A program made the translations under genes and the position numbers. The notes under the pieces were generated by a model that did not search any database, was not told the DNA's origin, and was given only the letters and a program-made list of their open reading frames with translations. From Bacteroidota bacterium (GTDB lineage: Bacteria > Bacteroidota > Bacteroidia > UKL13-3), in the NCBI GenBank assembly GCA_037141455.1, contig JBAXCN010000002.1, forward strand, positions 32,641-96,640: DNA of 64,000 bases. Reading direction: 5' to 3'. Below, one piece after another: positions 20,201-28,234 of this stretch; within the stretch, counting starts at the first letter, position 1, and each line of letters opens with the position of its first letter.

Positions 20201-21741
20201 AATTGTGGGCATTTGGAAGAATAAGCCATGAAAATGCTTGTTTTAAAAACGATAGCTTAACAGGATATACTGGCGAAGACGATCCAACTGGTAATGTATT
20301 TAAATTTGTAGCTAATACAAAAGGGAATTTATCTGCTGGTACTTTATATGTATTAAAATTAGATAGTGGATTATTAAATAACGAACCTAGAGCCACAGCA
20401 GGTGTTTGGGTAGTTGTACCAAATACAACTATTACTGATAGAAATAACACAAAGGCTTTAGGAGCATCGTTAGGAGGTACTTTCTTTAATGGTATTGAAG
20501 ATATTGAAGTTAACCCTGTTGATGGAAAAATATACTTTACTGCCAAAGGCAATAACCGAGTGTACCGTTTTTCTGATAATGGAACTACTGCAAGCAATTT
20601 TGAAACTTATGTAGGTGGTAAATCTTACCGATTAAACACAACAGGTGGCGCAGTAACTGAAGATTGGGGAAGTGGAAACGATAATTTAACTTTTGATAGC
20701 CGCGGAAATTTATATGTATTACAAGATGGAAGCCGCGACCATGTTTGGATGGTAAGAAACGGACATACACAAGCCAATCCTAAAGTAGAAATGTTTATGA
20801 CTACTCCAAGTGGTTCTGAACCTACAGGTATGACTTTTACACCTGATGAAAGATTTATGTTTATGTCAATTCAAAATCCTTCTCCACTTGGAACTACAGT
20901 TCAAAAAGATGCAGCAGGTAACAATGTAATTATGAACAGAAACTCAGCTTTAGTAATAGGAAGAAGAGAAGTATTTACACCTGGATATAAAGCTGCATTT
21001 ACTATTAACAATGCTACTCAATGTTTAACTGGTAACTCATTTACATTTACTGATAGTTTATTAGCTAGTAACAAAAACAATGTGTGGTTATTTGGAAATG
21101 GTCAATCGTCAACTCAAAGAAATGCAACTTATAGTTATAACTTAGCTGGAAATTATACTGTTAGATTAGCAACTGAAAATGCTGTAAACGGATGTAGAGA
21201 CACCGCTTCTAAATCAGTTACTGTTTATGCTAAACCATCAAATATAACTATTACAGGTGCTGTAACTACTAACCGTGGCACAGTTCAAAACTACACAGCA
21301 ACTGCTAAAGCCGGTGCAACTTACCAATGGTGGATTGAAAACGGAACACAAACTACTGGTACTAATACAAATGCTATTAGCGTAACTTGGAGCAATTCTG
21401 CCACTGCAGGAAAAGTAAGTGCACAAGAAATAGATGCAAATACTTGTAAAGGTGATACCGCTAATTTAACCATTAGCTTAACAAATGTGGGTATTAACGA
21501 TGCAAAATTAATTGATGGTTTAAAGGTTTATCCAAACCCTACTAAAAACGATTTGTTCATTGAAAGCAATGAGAATGTAACTGTAATTATAACCGATATT
21601 TCTGGTAAAAAATTATTTGAAACTAAAAACCAAACAGGTGAAATATTAACCATTGATTTATCTGCTTATTCAGCAGGTTCGTATTTGGTAAATATCAGTT
21701 CAAGTAAAAATACTGTTACACGCCAAATTGTTAAACACTAA
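17278..21741 (+). CDS. Large T9SS-secreted multidomain protein with three N-terminal tandem repeats, a jelly-roll domain, a PhoX/DUF839-like phosphatase-type domain and a T9SS C-terminal sorting domain
   Basis: Signal peptide, then 3 x about 195-aa repeats. Conserved block NCSGGITPWGTIVTAEE...GWLVEIDP...ENACF resembles PhoX/DUF839. The C-terminus KVYPNPTKNDLFIE...GSYLVNISS is a Por secretion CTD. Confidence 0.75.
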   Translation: MKIFTLSKSLICAVLLLLSFGIKAQTTLSVRVNQASDDHEEYLSGGNPNTGKIIGNLDIGSSDLEFGCESAAGDSQLVGMRFNNITIPKGAIISKAYIQFTVDATGKNTNPCIVYLQAEATDSAHTFSDTIRYGLSTRAKLADSIKWVVSNGGTWNVVGSATADQRTPNLSSLVQSLIGRNGWKSGNSMAFYMFGSGTREVEAYDGDAPKAPQLVIEYFMPISINSRIASASDDLEEWTSNGNPSAGKTLGNNDIGSSDLEFGCESAAGDSQLVGMRFINLNIPKGAVIQNAYIQFTVDATSKNTNPCIVYLKAEDNSNPITFSDTTRYGMSNRPKLMDSIQWVVSNGGTWNTVGSATPDQRTPNLKNLVQSLVNKSTWAANNAMAFYLYGSGTREVESFDGDAPKAAQLVVEYIPVTAISKRIAAASDDLEEYVSVGNPSTSKILGNNDVGSSDLEFGWESAAGDEQLVGLRFTDLSVPAGAIIQNAYIQFTVDATSKNTNPCVVNVKAEDNVNPLTFSDTTRYGMSSRPKLADSTIWVVSNGGTWNTVGSATADQRTPNLKNLVQSLVNKTGWNKGNAMAFYLNGTGVREVEAFDGDAPKAAQLVIEFLGDTTGGGPVQYVATPVTNFPIAKKSVWNFWDKANKPANTWLDTLNNDTFWAYSNAPLGYGDNFYINPIGFGGIANNKNITSWFRKTINVNTATLADTLELNLMCDDGAVVYVNGTQVLRHNMPTGAIDSNTLATKNVEGMAEMVFFTYDIPKTAFRNGKNVVALEVHQNSSTSSDAGFDIEIKNRTVAIPTLGAACTNPNDLHISCFNSLMPIDKVDSMGIPATHTFQRLVKEGDLYTNGNTVGTSFDFTPYVGRNGSSKNGWMGINYETNPNGGVGIFNVNQNCATGLWTVDSSQAVDFTTDIVRTERNCSGGITPWGTIVTAEESLTAGDANADGYQDIGWLVEIDPSTKKVKQYGNGKNEKLWAFGRISHENACFKNDSLTGYTGEDDPTGNVFKFVANTKGNLSAGTLYVLKLDSGLLNNEPRATAGVWVVVPNTTITDRNNTKALGASLGGTFFNGIEDIEVNPVDGKIYFTAKGNNRVYRFSDNGTTASNFETYVGGKSYRLNTTGGAVTEDWGSGNDNLTFDSRGNLYVLQDGSRDHVWMVRNGHTQANPKVEMFMTTPSGSEPTGMTFTPDERFMFMSIQNPSPLGTTVQKDAAGNNVIMNRNSALVIGRREVFTPGYKAAFTINNATQCLTGNSFTFTDSLLASNKNNVWLFGNGQSSTQRNATYSYNLAGNYTVRLATENAVNGCRDTASKSVTVYAKPSNITITGAVTTNRGTVQNYTATAKAGATYQWWIENGTQTTGTNTNAISVTWSNSATAGKVSAQEIDANTCKGDTANLTISLTNVGINDAKLIDGLKVYPNPTKNDLFIESNENVTVIITDISGKKLFETKNQTGEILTIDLSAYSAGSYLVNISSSKNTVTRQIVKH
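17350..19104 (+). repeat. Three tandem ~585-nt intragenic repeats (about 85-90% identical) encoding the N-terminal repeat domain
   Basis: Repeated blocks ASDDxEEY..GNNDIGSSDLEFGCESAAGDSQLVGMRF...DGDAPKAxQLVIEY at aa 35, 230 and 425. The nucleotide similarity is also evident. Confidence 0.85.
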
Positions 21742-21767
21742 TATTTAAATAAAAAATATTTAATTTG

Positions 21768-21803
21768 AAAGGTTGCTGCTAAAACAGCAACCTTTCTTTA
21801 TTT
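21768..21803 (+). terminator. Rho-independent terminator
   Basis: aaaggttgctg-ctaaaa-cagcaaccttt followed by a T-rich tract. Confidence 0.6.
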
Positions 21804-21817
21804 AAAATAACCTTTTT

Positions 21818-22738
21818 ATGAAAATTAAAACTTTAATTTTATGTTTTTTAATTCCATTTATTGGAAAAACGCAAAATGTATTGCCTGAAGATGAACTTCA
21901 AAATAAACCATACTTTTATTCTTCGTTCGAAGAAGCTCTAGCAAATAAAGAAAAGGCTACACATTTGAACCAACGCAACAAAAACTTGGATGAAATACCC
22001 GACAATATTCAAATGTTAACCAAGTTGCAGGTTTATACTGTAATGAAAAACAAAATTAAAACACTAAGGCCACAGCTATTTGAATGTAAAGAATTAAAAG
22101 AACTAATTGTACGTAATAATCTATTAACCGAAATACCTGAAAATATTGGCAATTTAACAAAACTTACCTTTTTTAATACAGGGTATAACAAGCTAAATAA
22201 ATTACCCGAAAATATTGGAAAACTTAAAAACTTAAACATTTTACAAATTGAAAAGAACGAAATAAAAGAACTTCCAAGCTCAATATGCAATTTAAAAAAG
22301 TTAAGTATTTTATCTGTATTCAATAACAAATTATATCAATTACCTGCAGGCATTGGTCAACTAAAAAGGTTAAAAAATTTCAACGTTTCCTATAATCAAC
22401 TTAGTTTTTTAAATAACGATTTATGTAAACTTACAAAACTCGAAAACTTAAATTTAGAAGGAAATTTAATTGACAGCATTAGCAATAATATTGGAGATTT
22501 AAAAAGTTTAAAAATAATTATTTTAACTGATAATAGATTAAAAAACATACCTGAAACATTTACAAAACTTAAAAACTTAGAATCGCTAATACTTAGTAAA
22601 AATCAATTAAGCAGTTTACCTAAAGAAATACATTTACTTAAAAAACTAAAAACATTAATTGCCATTGATAATAACTTTAGTGTGGCTGAAAAAGCAAGGG
22701 TAAAAGCAGCATTGCCCAATTGCGATGTAAGGTTTTAA
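21818..22738 (+). CDS. Secreted leucine-rich-repeat (LRR) protein
   Basis: Signal peptide followed by about 10 LxxLxLxxNxL repeats (LTKLxxLNxxxNKLxxLPxxIGxLKxL). Confidence 0.8.
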   Translation: MKIKTLILCFLIPFIGKTQNVLPEDELQNKPYFYSSFEEALANKEKATHLNQRNKNLDEIPDNIQMLTKLQVYTVMKNKIKTLRPQLFECKELKELIVRNNLLTEIPENIGNLTKLTFFNTGYNKLNKLPENIGKLKNLNILQIEKNEIKELPSSICNLKKLSILSVFNNKLYQLPAGIGQLKRLKNFNVSYNQLSFLNNDLCKLTKLENLNLEGNLIDSISNNIGDLKSLKIIILTDNRLKNIPETFTKLKNLESLILSKNQLSSLPKEIHLLKKLKTLIAIDNNFSVAEKARVKAALPNCDVRF

Positions 22739-22786
22739 ACTGTTAAATATTTAAATCATTGATTTACTTAAATTAAAATTCTAAAA
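22699..22786. repeat. Left copy of ~88-bp direct repeat (includes the last ~40 nt of the LRR gene)
   Basis: About 90% identical to 25512-25598 (gcccaattgc..taaggttttaaactgttaaatatttaaatcatt..). Confidence 0.8.
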
Positions 22787-23130
22787 CCTCCAACTGCTCG
22801 TAGTCTTGTGTGCTGGGCAATGGCGTTGCTGTCCGATAGCTATCGGACTGCGAATTGGTAAATGAAAAAAGAGTTTACAACCATTGGTGTTCGAAACCTC
22901 AAAATTTGCTTACCCCGAAGGGGTAAAATATTGATAGCCGTGGGTGAAACCCACGGATAAATAGCATATACAAAGCAGAACCCCGAAGGGGTTCAACATC
23001 AAAAACCATGTTTCGAACACCTATGGTTTACAACTCAATTTATTAGCCCGTGTCGGATTCCGATAGCTATCGGAAAGTACATTTCATTACCAATCCGGAG
23101 TGCGCTTTGCTAACTCTACGGATGGTAGAA
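22787..23130. mobile_element. MITE-like structured repeat, copy A, carrying a nested ~157-bp palindromic insertion (22877-23033)
   Basis: Shares head (ccaactg.tagtcttg.gtgctgggcaatggcgttgctgtccgatagctatcggac) and tail (agcccgtgtcggattccgatagctatcggaaa...ctctacggat) with copy B. The extra internal segment is bounded by inverted repeats ttcgaaac/gtttcgaa and contains ccccgaaggggt hairpins. Confidence 0.7.
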
Positions 23131-23133
23131 ATA

Positions 23134-23427
23134 TTATTTTACTGAAGCACCCCAAATTATATCTTCAACTACCACATATTTCTCTGTTATTAAGTACTTA
23201 ATAATCCATTTCTTTTCAAAAATAGCACATCTAAATGGGCTTCTATCTTTAAAATATTCCCTACAAAAAGCATGTGCATATGGATATTTTTTTAACTCTA
23301 AAATAAAATCAAGCATTCTATTCGCATAATTGATAGCTGTTAATGGCATTTGGTACTCATTTATAATAAAGTCAGTTATTTCATCCACTTTATCATTTAC
23401 CTTTTGTTTTATGAGTAATTCTCTCAT
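23134..23427 (-). CDS. Type II toxin, RelE/ParE superfamily (candidate)
   Basis: 97 aa. The C-terminal pattern FEKKWIIKYLITEKYVVVEDIIWG resembles the ParE/RelE core beta-sheet. It overlaps the upstream small ORF by 4 nt (ATGA). Confidence 0.5.
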   Translation of the reverse strand: MRELLIKQKVNDKVDEITDFIINEYQMPLTAINYANRMLDFILELKKYPYAHAFCREYFKDRSPFRCAIFEKKWIIKYLITEKYVVVEDIIWGASVK

Positions 23428-23621
23428 TTATTTTTCAACTTTTCTTCCAAAACACTAAGTAGGTTTTTTGAGAAAGTATCAAAGGGAATGGTATCTGATA
23501 AATCTAAATCTCCTTCGCTTATCATGTCTATACTACTGTTTGTTTTCGACAAAGTTTTTAACAACTCAAATACGCTTTTGCCTGTTTCTGTAGTGTCGTC
23601 TATTTCAACTAAGTGTTTCAT
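23424..23621 (-). CDS. Putative antitoxin (small acidic protein) of the adjacent ParE/RelE-like toxin
   Basis: 65-aa ORF immediately upstream, overlapping the toxin start by 4 nt. This is canonical TA operon geometry. Confidence 0.4.
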   Translation of the reverse strand: MKHLVEIDDTTETGKSVFELLKTLSKTNSSIDMISEGDLDLSDTIPFDTFSKNLLSVLEEKLKNK

Positions 23622-23724
23622 TAATTATTTATTTTAAACAAAAATATATTTTATTTTCTAACTTTTTACTTTTGTTATTTTGTCCACGCCAAATACCTAA
23701 AGCTTTCGGAAGTGAACCAAAGTT

Positions 23725-23916
23725 CCTCAACTGTTTGTAGTCTTGAGTGCTGGGCAATGGCGTTGCTGTCCGATAGCTATCGGACTACGAATTGATAAAT
23801 GAAAAAAGAGTTTTTAACTCAATTTATTAGCCCGTGTCGGATTCCGATAGCTATCGGAAACTACAAATCATTATAAAACCGTAGAGCGCTTTGCTAACTC
23901 TACGGATAGTAGGGTG
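23725..23916. mobile_element. MITE-like structured repeat, copy B (no nested insertion)
   Basis: About 90% identical to the head and tail of copy A. Contains the palindromes gtccgatagctatcggac and ccgatagctatcgg. Confidence 0.7.
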
Positions 23917-24128
23917 TATAAAATTTATATCCAACTTATCCTCGCCAAATGTGCGAACCAGCATTGCAGGTTTTCACTTGGACTAGCTGAGATGGCAAAT
24001 GCGAATAAGCAGAAAAGTTGAGTTAATCTAAAAAACCTTTTAGATTTATTTGAAGTGTATAAATTGGAAAATTAATATTTTGAAAATTAGGTCAAATTGA
24101 TTTAGTTTGGTCAGATTAACAAATACAA

Positions 24129-24725
24129 ATGAAAATAAAACTGCATGTATTAATGACCATTGGTTTATTGGCGTTATTTAGTTGCCAAAATAACCCAACA
24201 AATACTGATAAAGAAGGGGCTGAAGCAATTGAAGTAACAACAACTCAAGATGGCGTGATGGACGAAAATAAGGTAGCTCAGGTAGTCGAAATAAATGAAG
24301 AAGATTCAGTATTTATAAAAGAATATGCTACCTCCAAGTACTTAGGTTTTTATGGCTTTAACTTTAGTGAGAAATTAGAAGGTAATACTGGTTCATTACT
24401 AATATATCCTGAGTCAGATACAAGTGTATTGTTTAATTTGGAAGTTTGTATAGGTGCACCATCATTTAATTTAGGAATGGCCACCGGAAGGCTTATTATA
24501 AAAAACGACACTGCATTGTATCAACCAGCTGAATATAAAAGCACTTGTAAAATAATATTCTACTTTAGGGGCAATGAAATACAACTAAAAACAATAGATG
24601 GCTTTAGTGAATGCGGCTTTGCAAATAATGTATATGCCGATGCAATTTATAAATTAGAAAAAAAAGTTACACCCAAATATTATGATCCCATAGATGGATA
24701 CAATTATTTTAGAGATTTTAAATAA
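24129..24725 (+). CDS. Hypothetical lipoprotein
   Basis: Lipobox LALFSC at the N-terminus. 198 aa with no recognisable domain. Confidence 0.55.
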   Translation: MKIKLHVLMTIGLLALFSCQNNPTNTDKEGAEAIEVTTTQDGVMDENKVAQVVEINEEDSVFIKEYATSKYLGFYGFNFSEKLEGNTGSLLIYPESDTSVLFNLEVCIGAPSFNLGMATGRLIIKNDTALYQPAEYKSTCKIIFYFRGNEIQLKTIDGFSECGFANNVYADAIYKLEKKVTPKYYDPIDGYNYFRDFK

Positions 24726-25354
24726 TGAAAAATAAAATTTTAACAATTGCTTGTTTAATATTAGCAGTATCCTGCAATTCATCAGCTAACAAGACAGCAG
24801 AAACCTTATCCGATACCATTATTGAAAATAATGAATTAGTAATCCAAGAGGAACAAACAATGGATACTGAATCATTTTCAAATTTTATTAATCAATTAAA
24901 CTTAACAGGTGCAAACGATACCTTTTATTTTGAAGAAAGTTTTTTTGAGCCAATTGATGAAAAAAAAGTGGATATAAATGACAATATAGCAAATAATTAC
25001 AAAATTGAATTTAGTTATGAAACCAGTCTTTCAATAATGAATAAACATGATAAATATTGCGATCTTGATGAAGGCAAGCATAATTATTACCCTTGGCAAA
25101 ATTTAACCATCAACAATAACTCCTTTGTAATACCTTCAATCAATGTAGAAAAACTTGCTCCTATTAACAATTATTATTACCAAAATATCCTGAAAGACAT
25201 AATAAATAATTGTGATACATCGTTAATTGAATTCATAGGTGACAGCACAAAACTTAATGAAGTAACTAATGTGGTAGTAACTAAATACTACTTAAAACTA
25301 AGTAATTCTGAATCTACTAAAATTATTTCTATCCTTGCAGGGAGAGGCTGCTAA
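24725..25354 (+). CDS. Hypothetical lipoprotein
   Basis: Lipobox LAVSC. Its start overlaps the previous stop (TAATG). 209 aa, N/Y-rich. Confidence 0.55.
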   Translation: MKNKILTIACLILAVSCNSSANKTAETLSDTIIENNELVIQEEQTMDTESFSNFINQLNLTGANDTFYFEESFFEPIDEKKVDINDNIANNYKIEFSYETSLSIMNKHDKYCDLDEGKHNYYPWQNLTINNNSFVIPSINVEKLAPINNYYYQNILKDIINNCDTSLIEFIGDSTKLNEVTNVVVTKYYLKLSNSESTKIISILAGRGC

Positions 25355-25423
25355 AACCAACTAAATTAATAAGCTAAAATTTCCCTGCCGTTATTTTTCA
25401 AGCCAAGCGACACCAACAGAATC

Positions 25424-25512
25424 CCCAACTGTTGGTAGTCTTGTGAGCTGGGCAATCGCATTGCAGTCCGATAGCTATTGGAAACAACATTTCATTTCCA
25501 ATCCGTGCACGT
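25424..25512. mobile_element. Deletion derivative of the MITE-like repeat (head fused to tail), copy C
   Basis: ccaactgttggtagtcttgtgagctgggcaat.gcattgcagtccgatagctattggaaacaacatttcatttccaatccg matches the two ends of copy A. Confidence 0.6.
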
Positions 25513-25598
25513 ATAAAAGCAGCCTTGCCCAATTGCTATATAAGGTTTTAAACTGTTAAATATTTAAATCATTAATTTATTTAAATTGCAATTCTAAA
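25512..25598. repeat. Right copy of ~88-bp direct repeat
   Basis: Matches 22699-22786. Confidence 0.8.
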
Positions 25599-25643
25599 AA
25601 CAATTTAGGTTTAAATTTTTTCTTTACTATAAACAGTTAAATA

Positions 25644-28034
25644 GTGCCATATCCACAATCCATAGAACTTAAATTAGAGTTCAATCAAATAAAAGAATTA
25701 GTAGCCAAAAAATGCATTTCAAGCCTTGGGCAACAATACATTGAAAAAATAAAGTTTAACAATAAAGCAGATATTATTGAGAAAATGCTGTGGCAAGTAA
25801 AAGATTTTAAAAATCTTTTAGAAACCGACACGCCTTTTCCTGCCGATCATTACCACGATGTTTTTCCTTATTTTAGAAAAGCAAAAATAGAAGGCATGTG
25901 GCTTTTGGAAGACGAATTGCATCAATTAAAATTAACGTTGCAATCGTTTTTACAAATAGCTAAATATTTTAGAGATAGACCTGAAAAATACTTGTATTTA
26001 CAAGCCTTGCTCGAAGGTTTGATGTACAATGATTTAATTATTAGGCGCATTGATAGGGTGTTAGATAATGATGGTGCTATGCGCCCAAATGCTTCGCCTG
26101 AGTTGGCTAAAATTTCGGCTAAAATTAACGAGAAAGAGAAAGAAGTGCGTAGGCGCATACAAAGCATTTACGACAAGGCAGCAAAAAATAGTTACATAGC
26201 CGAAGATTTAGAAATTACCATTCGCGATGGACGTTTGGTATTGCCAGTATTGGCTGAACATAAACGCCATATTGCAGGTTTTGTGCACGATGAAAGTAAC
26301 ACAGGACAAACGGTTTATATTGAACCAACTGAATGTTTTGAAATGAATAATTTTATTCGTGAACTGCAAATTGCTTACCGCAGAGAGCGTGAACGTATTT
26401 TACTAGAACTTACCGACCAAATTAGACCTGAAATTCCTGAATTGGAAAAGAATATCCAACGCATGGGATTGTTTGATTTTATTAGAGCTAAAGCTTTGTT
26501 TGCAATGGAATTAGCTGCCGATATGCCAGCCATTTCCAAACATCCAAATGTGGTTTTGCGCAATGCATATCATCCCTTATTAAAGTTGAATCACCAACGC
26601 AATAAATTAAGCATTGTTCCACTTAGCATTGAATTAAATGCTGAAAATAGAATTACAGTTATTTCGGGTCCAAATGCGGGAGGTAAATCGGTTTGTTTAA
26701 AAACAGTTGGTTTGCTGCAATACATGTTGCAATGCGGCTTTTTAGTTCCTGCTAGTCCTGATAGCGAAATGTGTGTATTTAAAGACATTATGGTAGATAT
26801 TGGCGATGAACAAAGCATTGAAAACGACTTGAGTACTTACAGCAGTCATTTGCTGCGCATGAAATACTTTACCGATTTTGCCGATGGAAAAACCCTGTTT
26901 TTAATTGACGAATTTGGAATGGGAACCGATCCTCAGTTTGGTGGTCCATTGGCAGAAGCCATTTTAAACCACATCAACCGTAAAAATAGCTTTGGAGTAG
27001 TTACAACCCATTTTAGTAATCTGAAAAATTTTGCCAATAATACCAAGGGTTTGGTAAATGCAAGCATGCTTTTTGATAACGAAAAAATGCAGCCTATGTA
27101 CCAACTTGAAATGGGTAAACCGGGCAGTAGTTACGCTTTTGAAATAGCTACTAAAACAGGTTTGGCTCAAAGCATTATTAATTATGCAAAAGATAGGGTA
27201 GGAGTGAAGCAAAAACGCGTAGATGATTTATTGATTGAGGTAGAAAAAGAGCAAAAACAAGTAATTGATTTGCGTCAGCGTTTTGCCGAAAAAGAAGCCA
27301 AAGCAAATGTTTTAATGGAGCAATACGCCAAGCTAAAAGAAGAAATTGAAATCAACAGAAAAAAACTGATAAAAGAAGCTAAGCAAGAAGCATTGGCAAT
27401 TATTACTGAAGCCAATAGTAAAGTGGAAGCTACTATCAGAGAAATAAAACTAAACCAAGCAGATGCAGAAACCCAACGCAAGGCGCGAACGGAAATAAAA
27501 GAGCAAATTCAAGAATTAAAAGAATTTACCGAAAAAGAAACAGCAGCTGAAAAGGAACAAGCTCCAAAACCAATTGATGCAGCTATAACTGTTGGTGCAT
27601 CGGTAATGGTGGAAGGGCAACAAAGTGTTGGAGAAGTGTTAGAAATAAATAAAACAAAAGCAGTGGTTGCCTTTGGCGATTTAAGAACTACTGTGGCCAT
27701 TGCTAAATTACAAGTAGTAAGTAAAGCCAAACAAAACGAGTTAAAAAAAGCAGTAGAAGGAGTTAATTTAAATACTAAAATGAAAGATTTTAGTCCAGAA
27801 TTAAACCTAATTGGAACGCGAGGTGATGAAGCCATGAAACGCTTAGAAGTATTTATTGATGATGCTTATTTATTAGGAGTAAAGCAAGTAAGAATAGTGC
27901 ACGGAAAAGGTTACGGAATATTAAGAACCTTGGTTAGAGATACCCTTAACCGAAATCCCCTAGTATCTAGCATTCAAAACGAACACATAGAATCGGGTGG
28001 CGATGGTGCAAGTATAGTAATGATGAAAATGTAA
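25644..28034 (+). CDS. mutS2: Endonuclease MutS2 (MutS domain III/V ATPase + C-terminal Smr domain)
   Basis: Walker A GPNAGGKS, and the C-terminal Smr block LNLIGTRGDEAMKRLEVFIDDAYLLGVKQVRIVHGKGYGILR. The start codon appears to be non-ATG. Confidence 0.9.
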   Translation: MPYPQSIELKLEFNQIKELVAKKCISSLGQQYIEKIKFNNKADIIEKMLWQVKDFKNLLETDTPFPADHYHDVFPYFRKAKIEGMWLLEDELHQLKLTLQSFLQIAKYFRDRPEKYLYLQALLEGLMYNDLIIRRIDRVLDNDGAMRPNASPELAKISAKINEKEKEVRRRIQSIYDKAAKNSYIAEDLEITIRDGRLVLPVLAEHKRHIAGFVHDESNTGQTVYIEPTECFEMNNFIRELQIAYRRERERILLELTDQIRPEIPELEKNIQRMGLFDFIRAKALFAMELAADMPAISKHPNVVLRNAYHPLLKLNHQRNKLSIVPLSIELNAENRITVISGPNAGGKSVCLKTVGLLQYMLQCGFLVPASPDSEMCVFKDIMVDIGDEQSIENDLSTYSSHLLRMKYFTDFADGKTLFLIDEFGMGTDPQFGGPLAEAILNHINRKNSFGVVTTHFSNLKNFANNTKGLVNASMLFDNEKMQPMYQLEMGKPGSSYAFEIATKTGLAQSIINYAKDRVGVKQKRVDDLLIEVEKEQKQVIDLRQRFAEKEAKANVLMEQYAKLKEEIEINRKKLIKEAKQEALAIITEANSKVEATIREIKLNQADAETQRKARTEIKEQIQELKEFTEKETAAEKEQAPKPIDAAITVGASVMVEGQQSVGEVLEINKTKAVVAFGDLRTTVAIAKLQVVSKAKQNELKKAVEGVNLNTKMKDFSPELNLIGTRGDEAMKRLEVFIDDAYLLGVKQVRIVHGKGYGILRTLVRDTLNRNPLVSSIQNEHIESGGDGASIVMMKM

Positions 28035-28083
28035 ATAAATGCTCTCAATGACGTTTATTATAACAAGCTATTTTGCAAATAAA

Positions 28084-28152
28084 AAACCACATAGACACAT
28101 AGAAAACAAAGAATAATGCTATGTTTTCAATGTGTCTATGTGGTTCATTTTT
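28084..28152. terminator. Long bidirectional terminator hairpin between convergent mutS2 and porX
   Basis: accacatagacacat ... atgtgtctatgtggt perfect 15-bp inverted repeat flanked by A/T tracts. Confidence 0.6.
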
Positions 28153-28234
28153 AACAAACACACAATAATATAAAAATGTAAAGTTGGTGTGAAATCAAAC
28201 CCACTACTCACCTTTTTTGTTAATTAATTTCTAT

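Noticed and set aside
22877-22900. ggtgttcgaaacc resembling a tRNA T-loop
   Set aside because: There is no acceptor or anticodon stem context. It is one arm of the nested palindromic element.
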